From Chara braunii (Eukaryota > Plantae > Charophyceae): DNA of 64,000 nt. This document shows, one piece after another, positions 33,710-47,719 of this stretch. The stretch covers positions 2,876,315-2,940,314 of the forward strand of contig BFEA01000018.1 of NCBI GenBank assembly GCA_003427395.1. Direction: 5' to 3'. Both the position numbers and the translations under genes were made by a program. How positions within the stretch are numbered: position 1 is the stretch's first letter; each line of letters starts with the position of its first letter. The notes beneath the pieces were generated by a model. The model ran no database searches. It saw only the letters and a program-made list of their open reading frames with translations, and was not told the origin of the DNA.

Positions 33710-34832
33710 TTTTTTTTTTTTTTTTTTTTTTTGCGTTGGTCTTTTTAGGCCATTGCTTGGGTGGACTGGACTGGTCGGCTCGCTGGGTTGATCGTTTTTT
33801 ATTCGCTCGCTCGGTCTTTCCTATGTATGTTCAATGTGAAGCGAAAGCCGTAGGACGGCTATAGTGGGGAAAAACAAACAAACAAACAAACAAACAAACA
33901 AACAAACAAACAAACATGTGTATTTCAATTGTGTTGTGGCGTTTTGTTTGTCCTACCTTATTCTATCTTATCGTATCCAACTACGATTTCGTCAAAACGA
34001 ACATTTTATATGTTTTGAAAGAAACGAAACCTACGTATTTAACCCAAAGAATACCACTGTTTATCTCTTGAGGGTCCGTTTGGACTGAACTCAGTTTGAA
34101 CTTCAGGTACTACGTCCAAGGGGGACCCTAAGGAACTAAAACGGTGACATTTTCAGGCCCAAATGAGTGGGTTTCAATTTCGTTCATAAAATATAAAATG
34201 TCCGTTTTAACGAAATCGCTGTTATCCCATCCTCTCCTATTCCATCCTATGATCATGTCTTCTCCTATCCGCATCACTCCCTGCTCGTTGCTGGGTGGCA
34301 GCTATAGCTACATGCTGGTCCTGATGGCTCTCACTACGGGCCGTAATTATGTTAAGTGTGGTTGAACTGTGCAGGCCATGATCCTGTCAGACGTGTTAAA
34401 GACCTGATTAAGGGGTGAAGCTTTCTGGACTGGAATGAAGTGTTAAAGATGTCTTAGTAAACCACTACCTAGGACGTTTCCCAGCCAGTTTTTCAGAGAC
34501 ATGCCGCATCAGGGTGGGAAGTACTGGGGCGCCATTTGGCTGGACATCCATCCATGCAAAAAAAACGGGCCTTGCATGCACCCCTTTTTGTCAGGATGGA
34601 TTTCCTTTCCGCCTGATGGCCATCCAGGCAAGGAGGGGCTCACACACGACCCATTTTGTCTAGATGGATATCCTCCCCGTTTTGTCTGGATGGATGTACT
34701 TTCCGCCTGATTGGCTAGCATGCAAGCCGCGTCTCTGAGAGAAAAAAAAAATATGGCTGGGAAACGTACTGGAGGATTAAGGGGCGAAGCTTTCTGGAGT
34801 GACGAGTAACTTGGCAACCACATTTCTTCCCT

Positions 34833-34865
<33 letters not shown>

Positions 34866-35192
34866 GTCAAACCCCTTTTGCAAGCCCGTTATGATCCCAG
34901 TGGTGGAAAGAGAACCGCCAGAATTGAGGTCTGGACTATCGGGCTGCGCCATCTATTGGTGGGACACTGGGGAGCGGCACCTGCTGGAAACCGGGTCCAG
35001 CGTCCTTCTCTGAAGAATAACTTTAGAAAACATTTCCTTGACGTGAGAAATATTTCCTTGTCCCAGATGGGAAACTCACACGGTGACGAAAAGATGAAGA
35101 AAGGTTTAATCTTCCAGAACTGACCAGCTTCGTTTTTCTTTGTTTGTTTCCCTCCCCCCCCCCCTCCCCCCCCCTCTTTTGAGAAAGGGGAA
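33710..35192. repeat. ~1.48-kb apparently identical duplication of 40960-42442
   Basis: Offset is exactly 7250 and the ORF track is identical. Outer boundaries coincide with single Ns (33709, 42443). Confidence 0.95.
33979..34223. mobile_element. MITE with long TIRs and 4-bp flanking repeat ATCC (duplicate at 41229-41473)
   Basis: cgatttcgtcaaaacgaacattttata / tataaaatgtccgttttaacgaaatcg; ATCC on both flanks. Confidence 0.75.
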
Positions 35193-35367
35193 CGGCCAAG
35201 GCTTGAGATATCATCATTATTATTGAACTAACCGGCCCCAGGTAATTCCGAACTATATTCAAGTTGTTCTGATCGTCATCTTATTGTACCTGGCTTCGAC
35301 GTTGGGTCTGATTCATATTTCAACAGTTCGTCCGTGTACCAACTGAGCTAGGCTCGTTGGTCAGCTT
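35190..35367 (-). mobile_element. tRNA-derived SINE
   Basis: Minus strand reads gctgaccaacgagccTAGCTCAGTTGGtacacggacgaactgttga...agttcaataataatgatgatatctcaa. The 3' part matches 33410-33515 (+). Confidence 0.7.
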
Positions 35368-35438
35368 ATTGTTCTGGTCATCTTATTGTGACCAGTCACA
35401 ATAAGATGACCAGAACAATATATTTCAGAAATATATTG

Positions 35439-35528
<90 letters not shown>

Positions 35529-35624
35529 TTTTTTAAAAAAAAAAAAAGGAAAAAAAAAAAAAAAAAAAAAAAAGGCAAAAAAAAAAAAGAAAAAAGAAAA
35601 AAGAAAAAAAAAAAGAAATATATT

Positions 35625-35742
35625 GTTCTGGTCATCTTATTTTTGTGACTGGATCCGAACTTCAAGTTGAGTCTGCATTTCAACAGTTCGTTGGTGTACC
35701 AACTGTCAACTGAGCTAGGCCAAGCCAGGCTCGTTGGTCAGC
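35625..35742 (-). mobile_element. tRNA-derived SINE head
   Basis: Same head with B-box AAGTTCGGATCC, followed by a T-rich tract on the minus strand. Confidence 0.65.
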
Positions 35743-36303
35743 TTTGTTGTTCCATCTTGGTAATCCGAAGAACAACCCTTAGAGGCATTGCCAACGCGAA
35801 TGACGAACCAACAACAACTTGGTCAGCTTTGAGCTTTGCTGTTCGATCTTTGTACTAATCAGAAGAACAAGTTGGTCAGCTTTGAGCTTTGTTGTTCGAT
35901 CTTTGTACTAATCAGAAGAACAAGTTGAACCCTTAAAGGCAACTCGGATGACGAACCGGCATCATGGAACAACTTCCCAGCGCAGCGTTGGACCTGTCGC
36001 GGAACCACCAACTTCCCAGCATTGGACACGTCGTGGAACAACTTTTTCGCAGCATTGCTAGACTCGTGGGCCTCTGGCCTCATTCAGTCAGGGAATTCGA
36101 GCCTGAGGCCAGAGTCCAACGGGTCCTGTGATGGGATATCCGGAATTCTGGAAAACTTTAAAGGTGATATTTTTGCTGTGAAACTAGCGGGAACCCCTGC
36201 AAAGCTGCTTCAAAAGAAGTAACTTTGCAACGGAACGTCCAGCCAACGATATTTCTTGCTGGCGAACTTGGAAAAAGCACTGTTTCGGTGTTTCTGCAAT
36301 TTA

Positions 36304-36370
36304 CCCTAGCTCAGTTGGTACACGCATGAGCTGCCAAAAAACCGACCTAGAGTTGGAATACAGATGATGG
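36304..36370 (+). mobile_element. tRNA-derived SINE head remnant
   Basis: ccTAGCTCAGTTGGtacacgcatgagctg...GAGTTGGAATAC. Confidence 0.55.
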
Positions 36371-37341
36371 ATCTATAGATGAGCGGAAGCCTACATTCAA
36401 GAGGAATACAAGCAACAACAGTGTACTAAGCAAACAGACGGCCGGTCACGGGGCTTCACCTTGGGTCTCCCTTCCCTCCTTTTCAAGGATACGGGGAGAC
36501 AAAGAAAAGGGCATATTCACACTGGAACTTCCCTGTGGATATGTTTAACCGCAATGGCCGCCACAATCTGTGCGAGCGGCACATTCTGTCCAAAGCGCCA
36601 AGTGCGAATATGATGCCCTAGGGGAGGAGACAACAAGTTAATCAGCACTTTTTTTGTTCAGTCACTTCAAGTCGGGTGTCATGTCTCTACACCCATTGCA
36701 GGCATCGAACTGTCAGAGGTCACAAGAGGCTCTCACAAGCGATGCCACGCTGAATGTGAGGTAGGTCCAGAAAGGGAGTCGCCGCCGACTCGCCGGAGGT
36801 GGATTTGGAGTAGTAGACTGTTGTTCTCTTTCTCTTTTTGAGAAAACTATGGCTCCGTCAGGGTTACGGTCAGGGTTAGGGTATATCGACATGCGTGTGG
36901 AACATGGTTTCTGCAGTCCATTCAGCTCTGAAGTTTGAAATGCAGAATGCAGTTGAAGTTACGGTTGGCAGTTCAGTTCAGTTATGGGTTGGAAGTTTGG
37001 GTTGGCAGTTCAGTCGCGGTTGTGAGTTTCAGTGAGCAGTCTGGTTGCAGCCCGATTTCGACATTGTATGAAACTCGAAATCGGGCTGTGATTGGACTGC
37101 TAATTGAAAAAAATGCCAAGGGTGACCGAAGTGCCAACCCAAACTTCCAAGTGACTCAACTGCATGACATTGTCAAACTTGGGGCTGTGACTGAAGTGAC
37201 AAACCTGTGTTTGGAATGCGTTATACAAACTTTTTTTGCCACTGCTGCGTACTGGCCCCCTTGTTTTTTCTTTTCTTTTTTTGTCACAAGTTCAACCTGC
37301 ACCACAGGACTTATCCGGCTGAATGAGGAGTGCAGGGCCTA

Positions 37342-37676
37342 CCGTCTTCACTCGAATAGAGCGCCTGGTCATTATGGCTGTATTTTGGAGAACTTTCCGT
37401 CCGGAATGCAGCGCTATAGCTGTATTTGGGGGAACTTATAGTCCAGATGCAGTGATAGTGACGGGGCATTCCATTCGGGTGAATGAGGAGGGCCGCCTGT
37501 TCATTATAGCTGTATTTGGGGGAACTTTCAGTCCAGATGCAGCGATAGTGACAAGGCATTCTATTTCGGGGAACTTTCAGTCCAGATGCAGCAACAGTGA
37601 CAAGGCATTCTATTTGGGGGAACTATCAGTCCAGATGCAGCGATAGTGACGGGGCATTCTATTTGGGTGAAGACGG
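37342..37676. mobile_element. Tc1/mariner (pogo/Tc2-like) MITE with internal ~48-bp tandem repeats
   Basis: TA|CCGTCTTCACTCGAATAGA...TCTATTTGGGTGAAGACGG|TA; internal ggaactttcagtccagatgcagcgatagtgac repeats. Confidence 0.85.
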
Positions 37677-40600
37677 TAGTCACACAAGGACTTTTGTGAG
37701 TGACATCTGGACGTAATTGCGGTCAAATGCATCCAATTAGGTCCCCAAAAGAATGAGGCAGGGATTGTGAAGAGTGGATGCAACTGCGGTGAAATGGATA
37801 GAATCAGGTCCCAAAAGAATGAGGCAGGGAGTGTGAAAAGTGGACGTGATTGCGGTCAAATGCATCCAATCAGGTCCCAGAAGGACGAGGCAGGGATTGT
37901 GAAGCGTAGGTGGAATTGGGTGGAGCTGGTGGCTTTCAAGTTGACTTCTCTTTTTCTTTGTCAGTTTTAGTATTTTAGACATCTATATCACAGGTCTCCA
38001 TCTCAAGGCCCAGGTAGTTGAGTCCTTTTCTTGAGTTTTCTTAACAATAAGCAACACATGACTTATCCTGAATGAGGGTGTATACCTAAGCTTAGGAATT
38101 TTTCGTCTGGGCGGGATTGCGTTAAATCCATCCAATAATAGCCGTAGTTGTAGCCAGATTCATTCAGGGAAGTTTACTAGTTTGAGTATGGTCTGAATGT
38201 GTTCACCTTCAGTCAAGACAGTTGTTTGAACTTATGCTTAGGGCTGTCTGTACTCACACTGGGGCTTTGCCAGGATTTACGGTACTGCACTCCGCACTAG
38301 GTGGAAACAGTTTTACGGCATTTGGTGAAGTCGATGGCAAAGTTTCTTTGTGAGTAACATGGCCTACCATCGTTACCTACCGTGAGGCAAGCAGCCAAGC
38401 ACAGATCTGAGTATGCTTCTCTAGTAGGTGGAGCAACTGGTAGCGCTGCAGGGAGGGGGGGGGAGGGGGAGGGGGCGGGAGGGGGAGGGGGGTGCTGAAG
38501 GGGTGGGGTCACGCTGAGGCTTCTGTTTTGCGCAAAAGAACGAAGACAAGGTGAAGGGCAAGGACAGAACTGGCCCCTTTCAGTTTGCAGAATGCCCTTA
38601 CGAGCCCGGTCTGGTCAGAATGCACCTGGTTTATTTTCTTGGCTGTCTGTGCCATGATGGATCAGGTATAGGTACATTCTGACTTGACCAGGTTGAGGTC
38701 AAAGCACTTTCTTAGTGGATAATGGGAGTTTGTTCTTTTGCCTCTTTTTTTTTTGCTGTCCGCTGGCCCCCTTGGCCCATCCTGTCCATCAAACAGGAAA
38801 CACCAGGTTTCGACATAGATGTTTGAAAAAAAAGCGAAAAAAAAAAGACTAACTTATCTAGTGTGGTTTGGGCATTTGTTGCCTTTCAAATTGCCAAGCA
38901 TTGCCAATCCTTAGCCGGTGGATGGCTGGTGGGGGACTTCAAGTTGGTCTCAGCATTCATGATTTTGCTATCCTATTCTCGAATCACTTACTTTACAAAA
39001 CCTAGTATTTAACTTTACTAAACTATTAAGTAGTTGGGGAACAAAACAACAGCAGCTCCAATGCTCATGGTTCGTTCACAGGGAGCAACAGGATTTAGTA
39101 GTACCACAGAACGCAGGGAATGGAAAGGAAATTTATGGCATGATGAACTTATAAATAATGGAGACGTGTGAGGAATACTCGGTCTCGCTTCGGAACTTCT
39201 TTTTTTTCCAACAAATTTCAACACACACAGGTCTCAAAGATTCTAGGAGTGTAGGGTTACCCATTTCACCATCCCACAGACCGAACTCGATGACTCCATT
39301 CGCGAAATCGTGGAACTGGAAGGCTCACCTTCAAGTTTCCCTATCCACTGTGCATGCCAGCCAGTGTGCATTCCATGGGGGCCTCTTTTTCCCTACGCGT
39401 CGTGCTGCATGGCCCTAAAAACGTTGACCAGCTGCTCACGCAATGTTTTGCCAGGCTCCGCCAACCTTTTCACTCCAGCAGGCTTGAATAGGCGAATTTG
39501 TGGCACGACCACCGGTATGTGGCCCCGGCCAAGTTGAGAATCACAGTTGATTGATCTGAAAAGTTCAAGTTAGGTAGGACTCGGATGAACAGTGCTACCA
39601 TTCCGAAATGGCTGGCAGCACCAGTTGAAAGACAGCACAAACGCCACGCTGGCATTTTGGCAAAGTTTGGCGCCCAGGGGGGTTCGAGGCTTGTGAATTT
39701 TGCCTCGGATGTACTGGTGGTTTAACCGGCACAGCGGAGGTTGGTGGCTTAAACCACCAGTACTTCCTAGAGTCGTGCCCGTTAAAGCGCAACGATTTTA
39801 GGAAACGTACGGACTACTACAGGAGCGCCCAAATTCATCCGATTAGAAACGTTTCTACTCCATTTTTTCCCACGGCCGATAGCTGGGCACAAGTACTGGG
39901 GGGTTAAACTGGAATCATCTCGGTTTCTTCTTCTCCACTTGTTGTTGTGAAGGTTTTCTCAACGACAAAAGAGCCAACATCACCATCATGCCAAACAGAT
40001 CCAACCAACAATGCGATGCTCAGACCGTAAGATACATGCGGAAGACACACGGCTGAAAAGATCTGTTGAGGATTTCGGTGTTATAGAGCACAAAGAGTTC
40101 GGAGTGGCAATGTCATCCATCCCACCCCATTCTTGGTTTCTTCTGAGCCAGTTGTTGAATCGATGAGCTTCTTGATCGGCCAGTATGCGCTACCCAGAGA
40201 TTAACACCTAATAGGAAACTACAACAATGAGCTGTTACAGTATTAGCCATGCTTCCAAGGGTCCCCGCTGTATAGACATAGGAGTAGTGGTACGTAGGGA
40301 GTGCGAGGTGAATTAGAGAAAAGGGGGGGGGGGGGGGGGGGGGGGGGGGTGAAAAAAAAGTTTACAGAATTGTTTGTCAAACCCCAACAGTCATGCTTGT
40401 CTTAGTTCGCAGCCAGTAAGGCTTCCCAGTGCCCATGCATGAATATGTGTCAGAGATTTCCAGCTGTGTACTCACACTTGAGTTATCTTGGATCTGTTTG
40501 TGACCGCAATCATGGCCAGATTCAGTCCAATATTCTTTGAATTTCCTTTGCCCCAAGCACAGAATGTTCTGGGTAGGGTACTCTCCAACTTGTGGGTGAT

Positions 40601-40959
40601 CCACAAGCAGCCTACAGAGCCCTTTTCTTTTTCTAAACCACAACTACCTCCGAGCCTCTATTTGCTGAGGCGGAGTAGAACTGTTTGCCATGCGCGCCAA
40701 GCTCTGCGGAAGCACCAGTGTGACTTCTTTTCTTTTGTTTTGATTGGCGTCACCAGACATTTTGGTCCAGACGCAACCAGCCTCCAAAGAATGCAGTATA
40801 GGTGTGATGTTTCGACATAAAATCAAGCCCTCATAAATGTGTAAAACTAGGTGCTCAAATTTTACAACAATAAGGACGATTGGTTCCATTTCTAACTGAA
40901 TATCCACCAAGTTCTCCTTTGCCAATGCTCGCAAGAGTGGTGATGGTACAACCAGCCTC

Positions 40960-42082
40960 TTTTTTTTTTTTTTTTTTTTTTTGCGTTGGTCTTTTTAGGC
41001 CATTGCTTGGGTGGACTGGACTGGTCGGCTCGCTGGGTTGATCGTTTTTTATTCGCTCGCTCGGTCTTTCCTATGTATGTTCAATGTGAAGCGAAAGCCG
41101 TAGGACGGCTATAGTGGGGAAAAACAAACAAACAAACAAACAAACAAACAAACAAACAAACAAACATGTGTATTTCAATTGTGTTGTGGCGTTTTGTTTG
41201 TCCTACCTTATTCTATCTTATCGTATCCAACTACGATTTCGTCAAAACGAACATTTTATATGTTTTGAAAGAAACGAAACCTACGTATTTAACCCAAAGA
41301 ATACCACTGTTTATCTCTTGAGGGTCCGTTTGGACTGAACTCAGTTTGAACTTCAGGTACTACGTCCAAGGGGGACCCTAAGGAACTAAAACGGTGACAT
41401 TTTCAGGCCCAAATGAGTGGGTTTCAATTTCGTTCATAAAATATAAAATGTCCGTTTTAACGAAATCGCTGTTATCCCATCCTCTCCTATTCCATCCTAT
41501 GATCATGTCTTCTCCTATCCGCATCACTCCCTGCTCGTTGCTGGGTGGCAGCTATAGCTACATGCTGGTCCTGATGGCTCTCACTACGGGCCGTAATTAT
41601 GTTAAGTGTGGTTGAACTGTGCAGGCCATGATCCTGTCAGACGTGTTAAAGACCTGATTAAGGGGTGAAGCTTTCTGGACTGGAATGAAGTGTTAAAGAT
41701 GTCTTAGTAAACCACTACCTAGGACGTTTCCCAGCCAGTTTTTCAGAGACATGCCGCATCAGGGTGGGAAGTACTGGGGCGCCATTTGGCTGGACATCCA
41801 TCCATGCAAAAAAAACGGGCCTTGCATGCACCCCTTTTTGTCAGGATGGATTTCCTTTCCGCCTGATGGCCATCCAGGCAAGGAGGGGCTCACACACGAC
41901 CCATTTTGTCTAGATGGATATCCTCCCCGTTTTGTCTGGATGGATGTACTTTCCGCCTGATTGGCTAGCATGCAAGCCGCGTCTCTGAGAGAAAAAAAAA
42001 ATATGGCTGGGAAACGTACTGGAGGATTAAGGGGCGAAGCTTTCTGGAGTGACGAGTAACTTGGCAACCACATTTCTTCCCT

Positions 42083-42115
<33 letters not shown>

Positions 42116-42442
42116 GTCAAACCCCTTTTGCAAGCCCGTTATGATCCCAGTGGTGGAAAGAGAACCGCCAGAATTGAGGTCTGGACTATCGGGCTGCGCC
42201 ATCTATTGGTGGGACACTGGGGAGCGGCACCTGCTGGAAACCGGGTCCAGCGTCCTTCTCTGAAGAATAACTTTAGAAAACATTTCCTTGACGTGAGAAA
42301 TATTTCCTTGTCCCAGATGGGAAACTCACACGGTGACGAAAAGATGAAGAAAGGTTTAATCTTCCAGAACTGACCAGCTTCGTTTTTCTTTGTTTGTTTC
42401 CCTCCCCCCCCCCCTCCCCCCCCCTCTTTTGAGAAAGGGGAA
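40960..42442. repeat. Second copy of the 1.48-kb duplication
   Basis: See 33710-35192. Confidence 0.95.
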
Positions 42443-43160
42443 NGGTGGGGAGCGTCACCTGCTGGAAAACGGGTCCAGCGTCCCTTGTGATTGTGATACA
42501 ATTAGGATACTCAGAATATCTCAGAAAGTCCGCAAGCAGAACCTGCCAGCATTGATTGCCCTGGAGAACAGGGGATTGACTGAGCAGGGGGGGAGTCTCT
42601 TCACCCTAATTTTGGCGCCAGATTTCCACTGTCTCTGCTGACTCCCTCCACTGTCTTGGTTGCTAGCGATGCCACAGAGCTGGAAACCGGGTCCAGCCTC
42701 CCGTACCAAANCATTGTCGTCCTGCCTCTTCCTGCCGCACCGCCGGGGGCCGAGGGGAGAACCANCAGGGGGCACCAGTGGGTACTCCCGCCGTACCCCA
42801 GCTCCTATACATCCTTGCAAAAATGAACAACATTGGGAGTGACGCCATTATGCCGGCAGCTGGGTCCAGCGTCCCATATCCAATCTACTCCTCCTTCCCG
42901 ACCCTGCAGATAAAAACTGGCTCCGGGACCGGGAAGGAAGGGTCACTGGGGGGCACCAGTGTTTCCTTCCCTTCTCTTGCCAATCCTTCCATGAGGACCC
43001 ATCCCTTTCTACCCCCGTTCTGCCCACAATGTGGCCCGTACCTTTATTACCAAAAGGAAGCGAAAAAAATCAGAAAGGGATCAGGACGGAGTCCGAAAGG
43101 AATCAGGAGGAATCCGAAAAGAAAAACAGCGACCGAAAACTTGGGAATATTGTACAGGGT

Positions 43161-46100
43161 TTACAGACATACATCAAGGGACCAGGGGTGGGGAGGGAAG
43201 GGATTGGGGAACTTGTTAGCAGATCTCAAGGGGATTCTCGAATCAACCGTTAGCCAGTCCTTGAATCTCAAGTGGTAGTCCCTAGGGATCTCCACACCTT
43301 GGCTGTCCTCTTTTCCTTTGTCTCCCCTCCAGTCCCCTGTCCAACAAACTTCTGCAATCCAGCCCTCCCTTTCCCCACCTAGCCATTCCTTAGAAAAACG
43401 TAGTAAGCGTTCTCGGATATCCTTGGGTGAGTGGAAGTTGTCAAGTAGTTGCTTGGTTGAATTCCATTTATGCAAAAGCTCCAGTTGGAAATGCGTTTTG
43501 AATTGTTCCATCCTTTCTTCCCCCTCAACTCGTACTTGTTCCAATGCCAGAGCGCAACGTTGCCACCATAGAACCCACAGGATCGTTCTTCTGGACAGGT
43601 GGAACATATTTGACACAAAGGTATTATCCTGGCAGGGTGGGTAGTATCCCAACAGGATAGCCCGCCAATCCCATGGCCATGGGTGTCCAAGAACTATTTG
43701 CTGCCATATTCTGTCCCACCACCTCCATGTCAGAGTGGCCATCGGGCATTGCAAGAATATATGTTCTATTGTTTCTGCTNTCTTTATGGACGGATATNNC
43801 AACAAACATCGAGAACACCAGGGGAGCGCACGGCCTTGATGTTCCAGGTGTGAATGGTCAATCAGCCAGTCATTCGTGGGTAGGCACCGATGGAAAATCT
43901 GCCATTGTAAGGATGTAATCTTTGCCGGTCTGCATTTGGTGTCATTAAANCATCGTATNGGTGTGAGAAGCTGCCTTTCNACATTAAGGTGTTTNTGCCA
44001 TCTGTCGATCACNGTGTCCTTANGAGNGNGTTTAATTCTGAGCATTTTGTATGCCATCTTCACAGAGAGCCCTGACAGTGTTTTGGGTTTTGACTGACGA
44101 AAACGCTGCCGTGGATCAGGAGTCCAAATCCATTCCCGCGGGTCTATTGAGAGGTTTTCTATGAGGATCTCTGGGAGGAAAACCCGCCGACTATCTCCCT
44201 CCTCGATGACTCTGGTTCTGTGTAGTTCTTCCCTTGAGGTCCATTGGAGGGGGTCGTGGCTTCCTTCCAATTTTCCGTTNNTTTTAATGTNATACCATTC
44301 GATCAGTCCCTCTTCCCCTCTGATTAGATGGACCAGGCCTACTTTTTGGTCCCCTCCTTCTTTGGACACCCAATCCCCCTCCTTTAGGACCGGGCCTTTG
44401 TGAAGTAAGGGCCACCACCCTATCGGGAGGGCCTCCTTTATTTCCTCCAATGTTGATTCCACATTGTGGCAGTATCTCAACTTTTCGCGCATGTCTTCAG
44501 AGCTCTTCCAATCCCTCCTCTCTTTGTCCCAGAGGTCGCCCACTCGGGTTACTCCATTTTTCACCCATCCTCTCCATGGAGCATCCGAGCTGCAGAAGAT
44601 CTGGCTTCGCTCATTAGTAATCCATCGGTTTCCAAAAAGAGGTTGCCTTGCCACCTCCTCCCGCCTATCAGGATGCGGGTGGGTTGGGGGGGGGAGCTTC
44701 CTCCAAGTTTTGAGGAGGCGGGGCCAAAAATCATCTTTCCGTTCCTTCCCTCCCCTGGGGCATCGTGGTATTTTCCAGTAGCAGTCATCCAACCATAGTA
44801 GGGGGTGGACCGACTTGGGGGCCTCGGGGGCCAAACGGGCCAGTTGCGCTAGTGCCAGCGGCCTCCATATTAGGGGGTCTTCAAATATCAAGCTTATCAC
44901 CCATTTTATGTTTAAGGCATAGGATTGGGTGAGAGGATCGAGTATGTCAAGACCCCCTTTGTTCTTGGGTTGGATGACGGAGTCCCAAGCCACCCGACCA
45001 TAACATGGGGGTTTTCACTATCCGCTCTCCATAGATACGCTGCCACCTTCCTTTTCAGTATCTTCAAAGCCCCTGGGCTGAGGGGCCAGAGTATTGATTT
45101 GTACCAAAGGGTGGCCAGGATTACATTGTTGATCACCATGGCCCGACCAAAGAGTGATGTGTGCTGGTGGTTCCATTGGGAAAGTTTTGTGCCCTCCGGG
45201 GCTGATATTCATTCGTCGTTATCCGGGGCTTGACCAGCAGTTGACATTTTTACCCCCAACATCCGTATCGGAGTCTCTGGTCCTATCCATGTGATGTTGT
45301 GACCGTCCGGGGGGCGGCCTTCTTGGTGGTGGAACCACCATCCGATTGTCTTGTGGCCCCAATTAACGGACATATCCGAGAGAGTGCAAAAGCGGTGCAT
45401 CATCCTATATATCTCCTCCATATTTGCGGTGTGGCGTCAGCCATGATTGTAAGATCGTCCGCAAATAGTGAGCAGACCGGAATAGCCTCTTCTGGAATAC
45501 CAGCTATCTGGATTCGCTTTAAATCCTTGCTTCGTCGGAGGTTGGCTACTAATGCTTCCATAATAATGATGAATAAGAAGGGGGCGATGGGGTCCCCTTG
45601 TCTCACTGAGCGTTGCAGTCTGATCGTTGGGGCTATGGACCCATTTATTTGAACGCTTGTGGTTGCATTGCGGTGTAGAATTTGCACCCACCTCCGAAAT
45701 TGGTTACCAAAATTCATCTGTTTCAGGCACCGATCCAAGAATGTTCAATCCACACGGTCGTAGGCTTTTTCGAAGTCTATAAAGATGAGGGCGGCATGAC
45801 TCCTAGATTGGTGCACCAGACTGATTATATCGTTTATCAGGAGGATGTTTTCTTGAATGTTTCGGTTTCGCATAAAACCGGTCTGAGAAGGATGGATGAT
45901 ATCTTCCATTACTTCGATCATTCGGTTGGCAAGTGCTTTTGACAACATTTTATAAACTATCGTCAGGAGGGTGATAGGTCGGTAGTTTCAGATGTTCATC
46001 CTATCCCCTTTTTTATGTAATAACGATAGCACCCCACGTCCGACCAATTCCCCTAGCTCTCCAGAATTTCATGCCTCCTTGTAGAATTTCATCAAGTCGT

Positions 46101-47688
46101 CACTTAGGAGAGGCCACATGACTTCCCAAAATTCTTTAGGGAAGCCGTCTACGCCCGGGGTTTTCTCCTCGTCCATTTGCAAAAGGGTTGTCCAGATTTC
46201 TTCCTTTGTGATCTGTTGGTCCAGATGCTCTCGTTGGGTGGAGGACAATCGACCCTCCATAGGTCGAAGGAAGTCGTCTAAATCTCTGAGACGATCTCCG
46301 TTATGCTGTTGATGGGTTATATGGGACGAGAAAAGATCCTTGTAAAAAGACCTGATAATTTTCACGCAGTGCGCTGTTGTAGTAGCTAGTTCACCAGATA
46401 TTGGATCAGCAAAGGCCTCGATGGTGGTACGGTGTGCTCTAAGTGAAGCTATACTAAAAAATTGAGAATCCATAGTACCTTCGGTCGTCTATTTCGCAAG
46501 TTTGCCTCGAATTCTAATTCCTTGCCATCTGTGTTGTGCTAGTTGAAGGAGTTCGTTCTGTAAACTTTGAATCTCTGCAATATGATGGTTAGAATTGTCC
46601 TGGTTACTCAGGTTGTGCAATTTCCTATGGACTTCCATCTCGTGTGAGTGCCGACTTTTAGCAAGTAGCTTCGAATATTCTTTGCATTTTCGGACTAGGA
46701 AGAAGAGTCCGTTAGTGAACCATTGGATTTCGGAATCGCAAAATCGTTTCTGATCCCTCCAGAAATTCCATGCATCCTGAATATATGTATGGAAGGATTT
46801 GTCCTTTAATAAGGATGTGTTAAGTTTGTAATAGCCCGGTCCTTGGTCCGGTCTCTTGCGAAAGGAGAAGAGGGTTCCACATTGTCTATGGTCTAGCCCC
46901 GGGTGTGGGCTCCGTGGGAAAATGGTGGTTAACTGCAGGGCATTCTAAACCTCTTGCGAGAGTAGGATCAGGTCTATCCTGAATTTCGAGTGTCGGGTGT
47001 GGTCACTAGTACGGTAACATGTATATGCCTTTTCTGTTGGGTGCAAATGTCTATAGGCGTCTACCAGGTTCAATGCGCCACAAAAATCAGCCATGATTTG
47101 TTCGTCTTCTTCCACATAGGTTGGGCAGTGGTCCCGTGTGCCCCATCTGTCCATCCATCTGTCCGGCGCAGCATTGAAGTCCTCGGCAATGATCAGCGGA
47201 ACTCCTTGCAGGCCCTAGGTCTGTAGGTGGGCGAAAAACTGAATCCTTTCTGGTACTGTGTTAGGGGCATATACGCAAAATATACTAATTAATTCAATCT
47301 CCAGCATCCCCAAAATTGATACCCACCTTCCTTGTTCCTCGTCTATTACCCAATGGACCACCTCAATCCAGGATTCTGGCGGGATCCATATGGCCACCCC
47401 TGCTGAACCCGGTGATTTCGCGTGGGCCCTATATGCCTGGTATGGCCACACGGCCTTATGTCCCCTATGATATTCCGGTTTGTCCATTAAATGAGTTTCT
47501 TGAATGCAGATGACATCTGGCTATGTTCTGCCCCCTACTCCCCTCAGCTGGTCCCAAATTGCTTGCTTTTTCGAGGGATTAAAGGAGGCTAAACCATTTA
47601 CGTTGAGGGTCCTTAAGTCTAGGTCTGCCTTACGAAGGTAGTGTTTCCAATGCGGGTTTTTACAGAACAGAATATCAATTTTGTTCAT
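43161..47688 (-). pseudogene. LINE ORF2 (APE endonuclease, reverse transcriptase, zf-RVT), disrupted
   Basis: ATG at 47688; RTLNVNGL, ICIQETHL, VYAPN, RIDL, KTPGVDGF, IDFEKAYD, VRQGDP, SLFADD, KGGLDI, CSRC...ETIEHIFLQC. Confidence 0.92.
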
Positions 47689-47719
47689 TAATCCTTACCT
47701 CTTTCGCCTCCCCCCCGAC

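Noticed and set aside
34945-34990. CTCF-like motif (CCAATAGATGGCGC on the minus strand)
   Set aside because: CTCF is absent from plants and the sequence is part of the LINE 3' tail motif.
35780-40940. Multi-exon gene or transposase
   Set aside because: Some coding-like stretches exist (39900-40934), but I could not establish a frame, splice pattern or recognisable motif.
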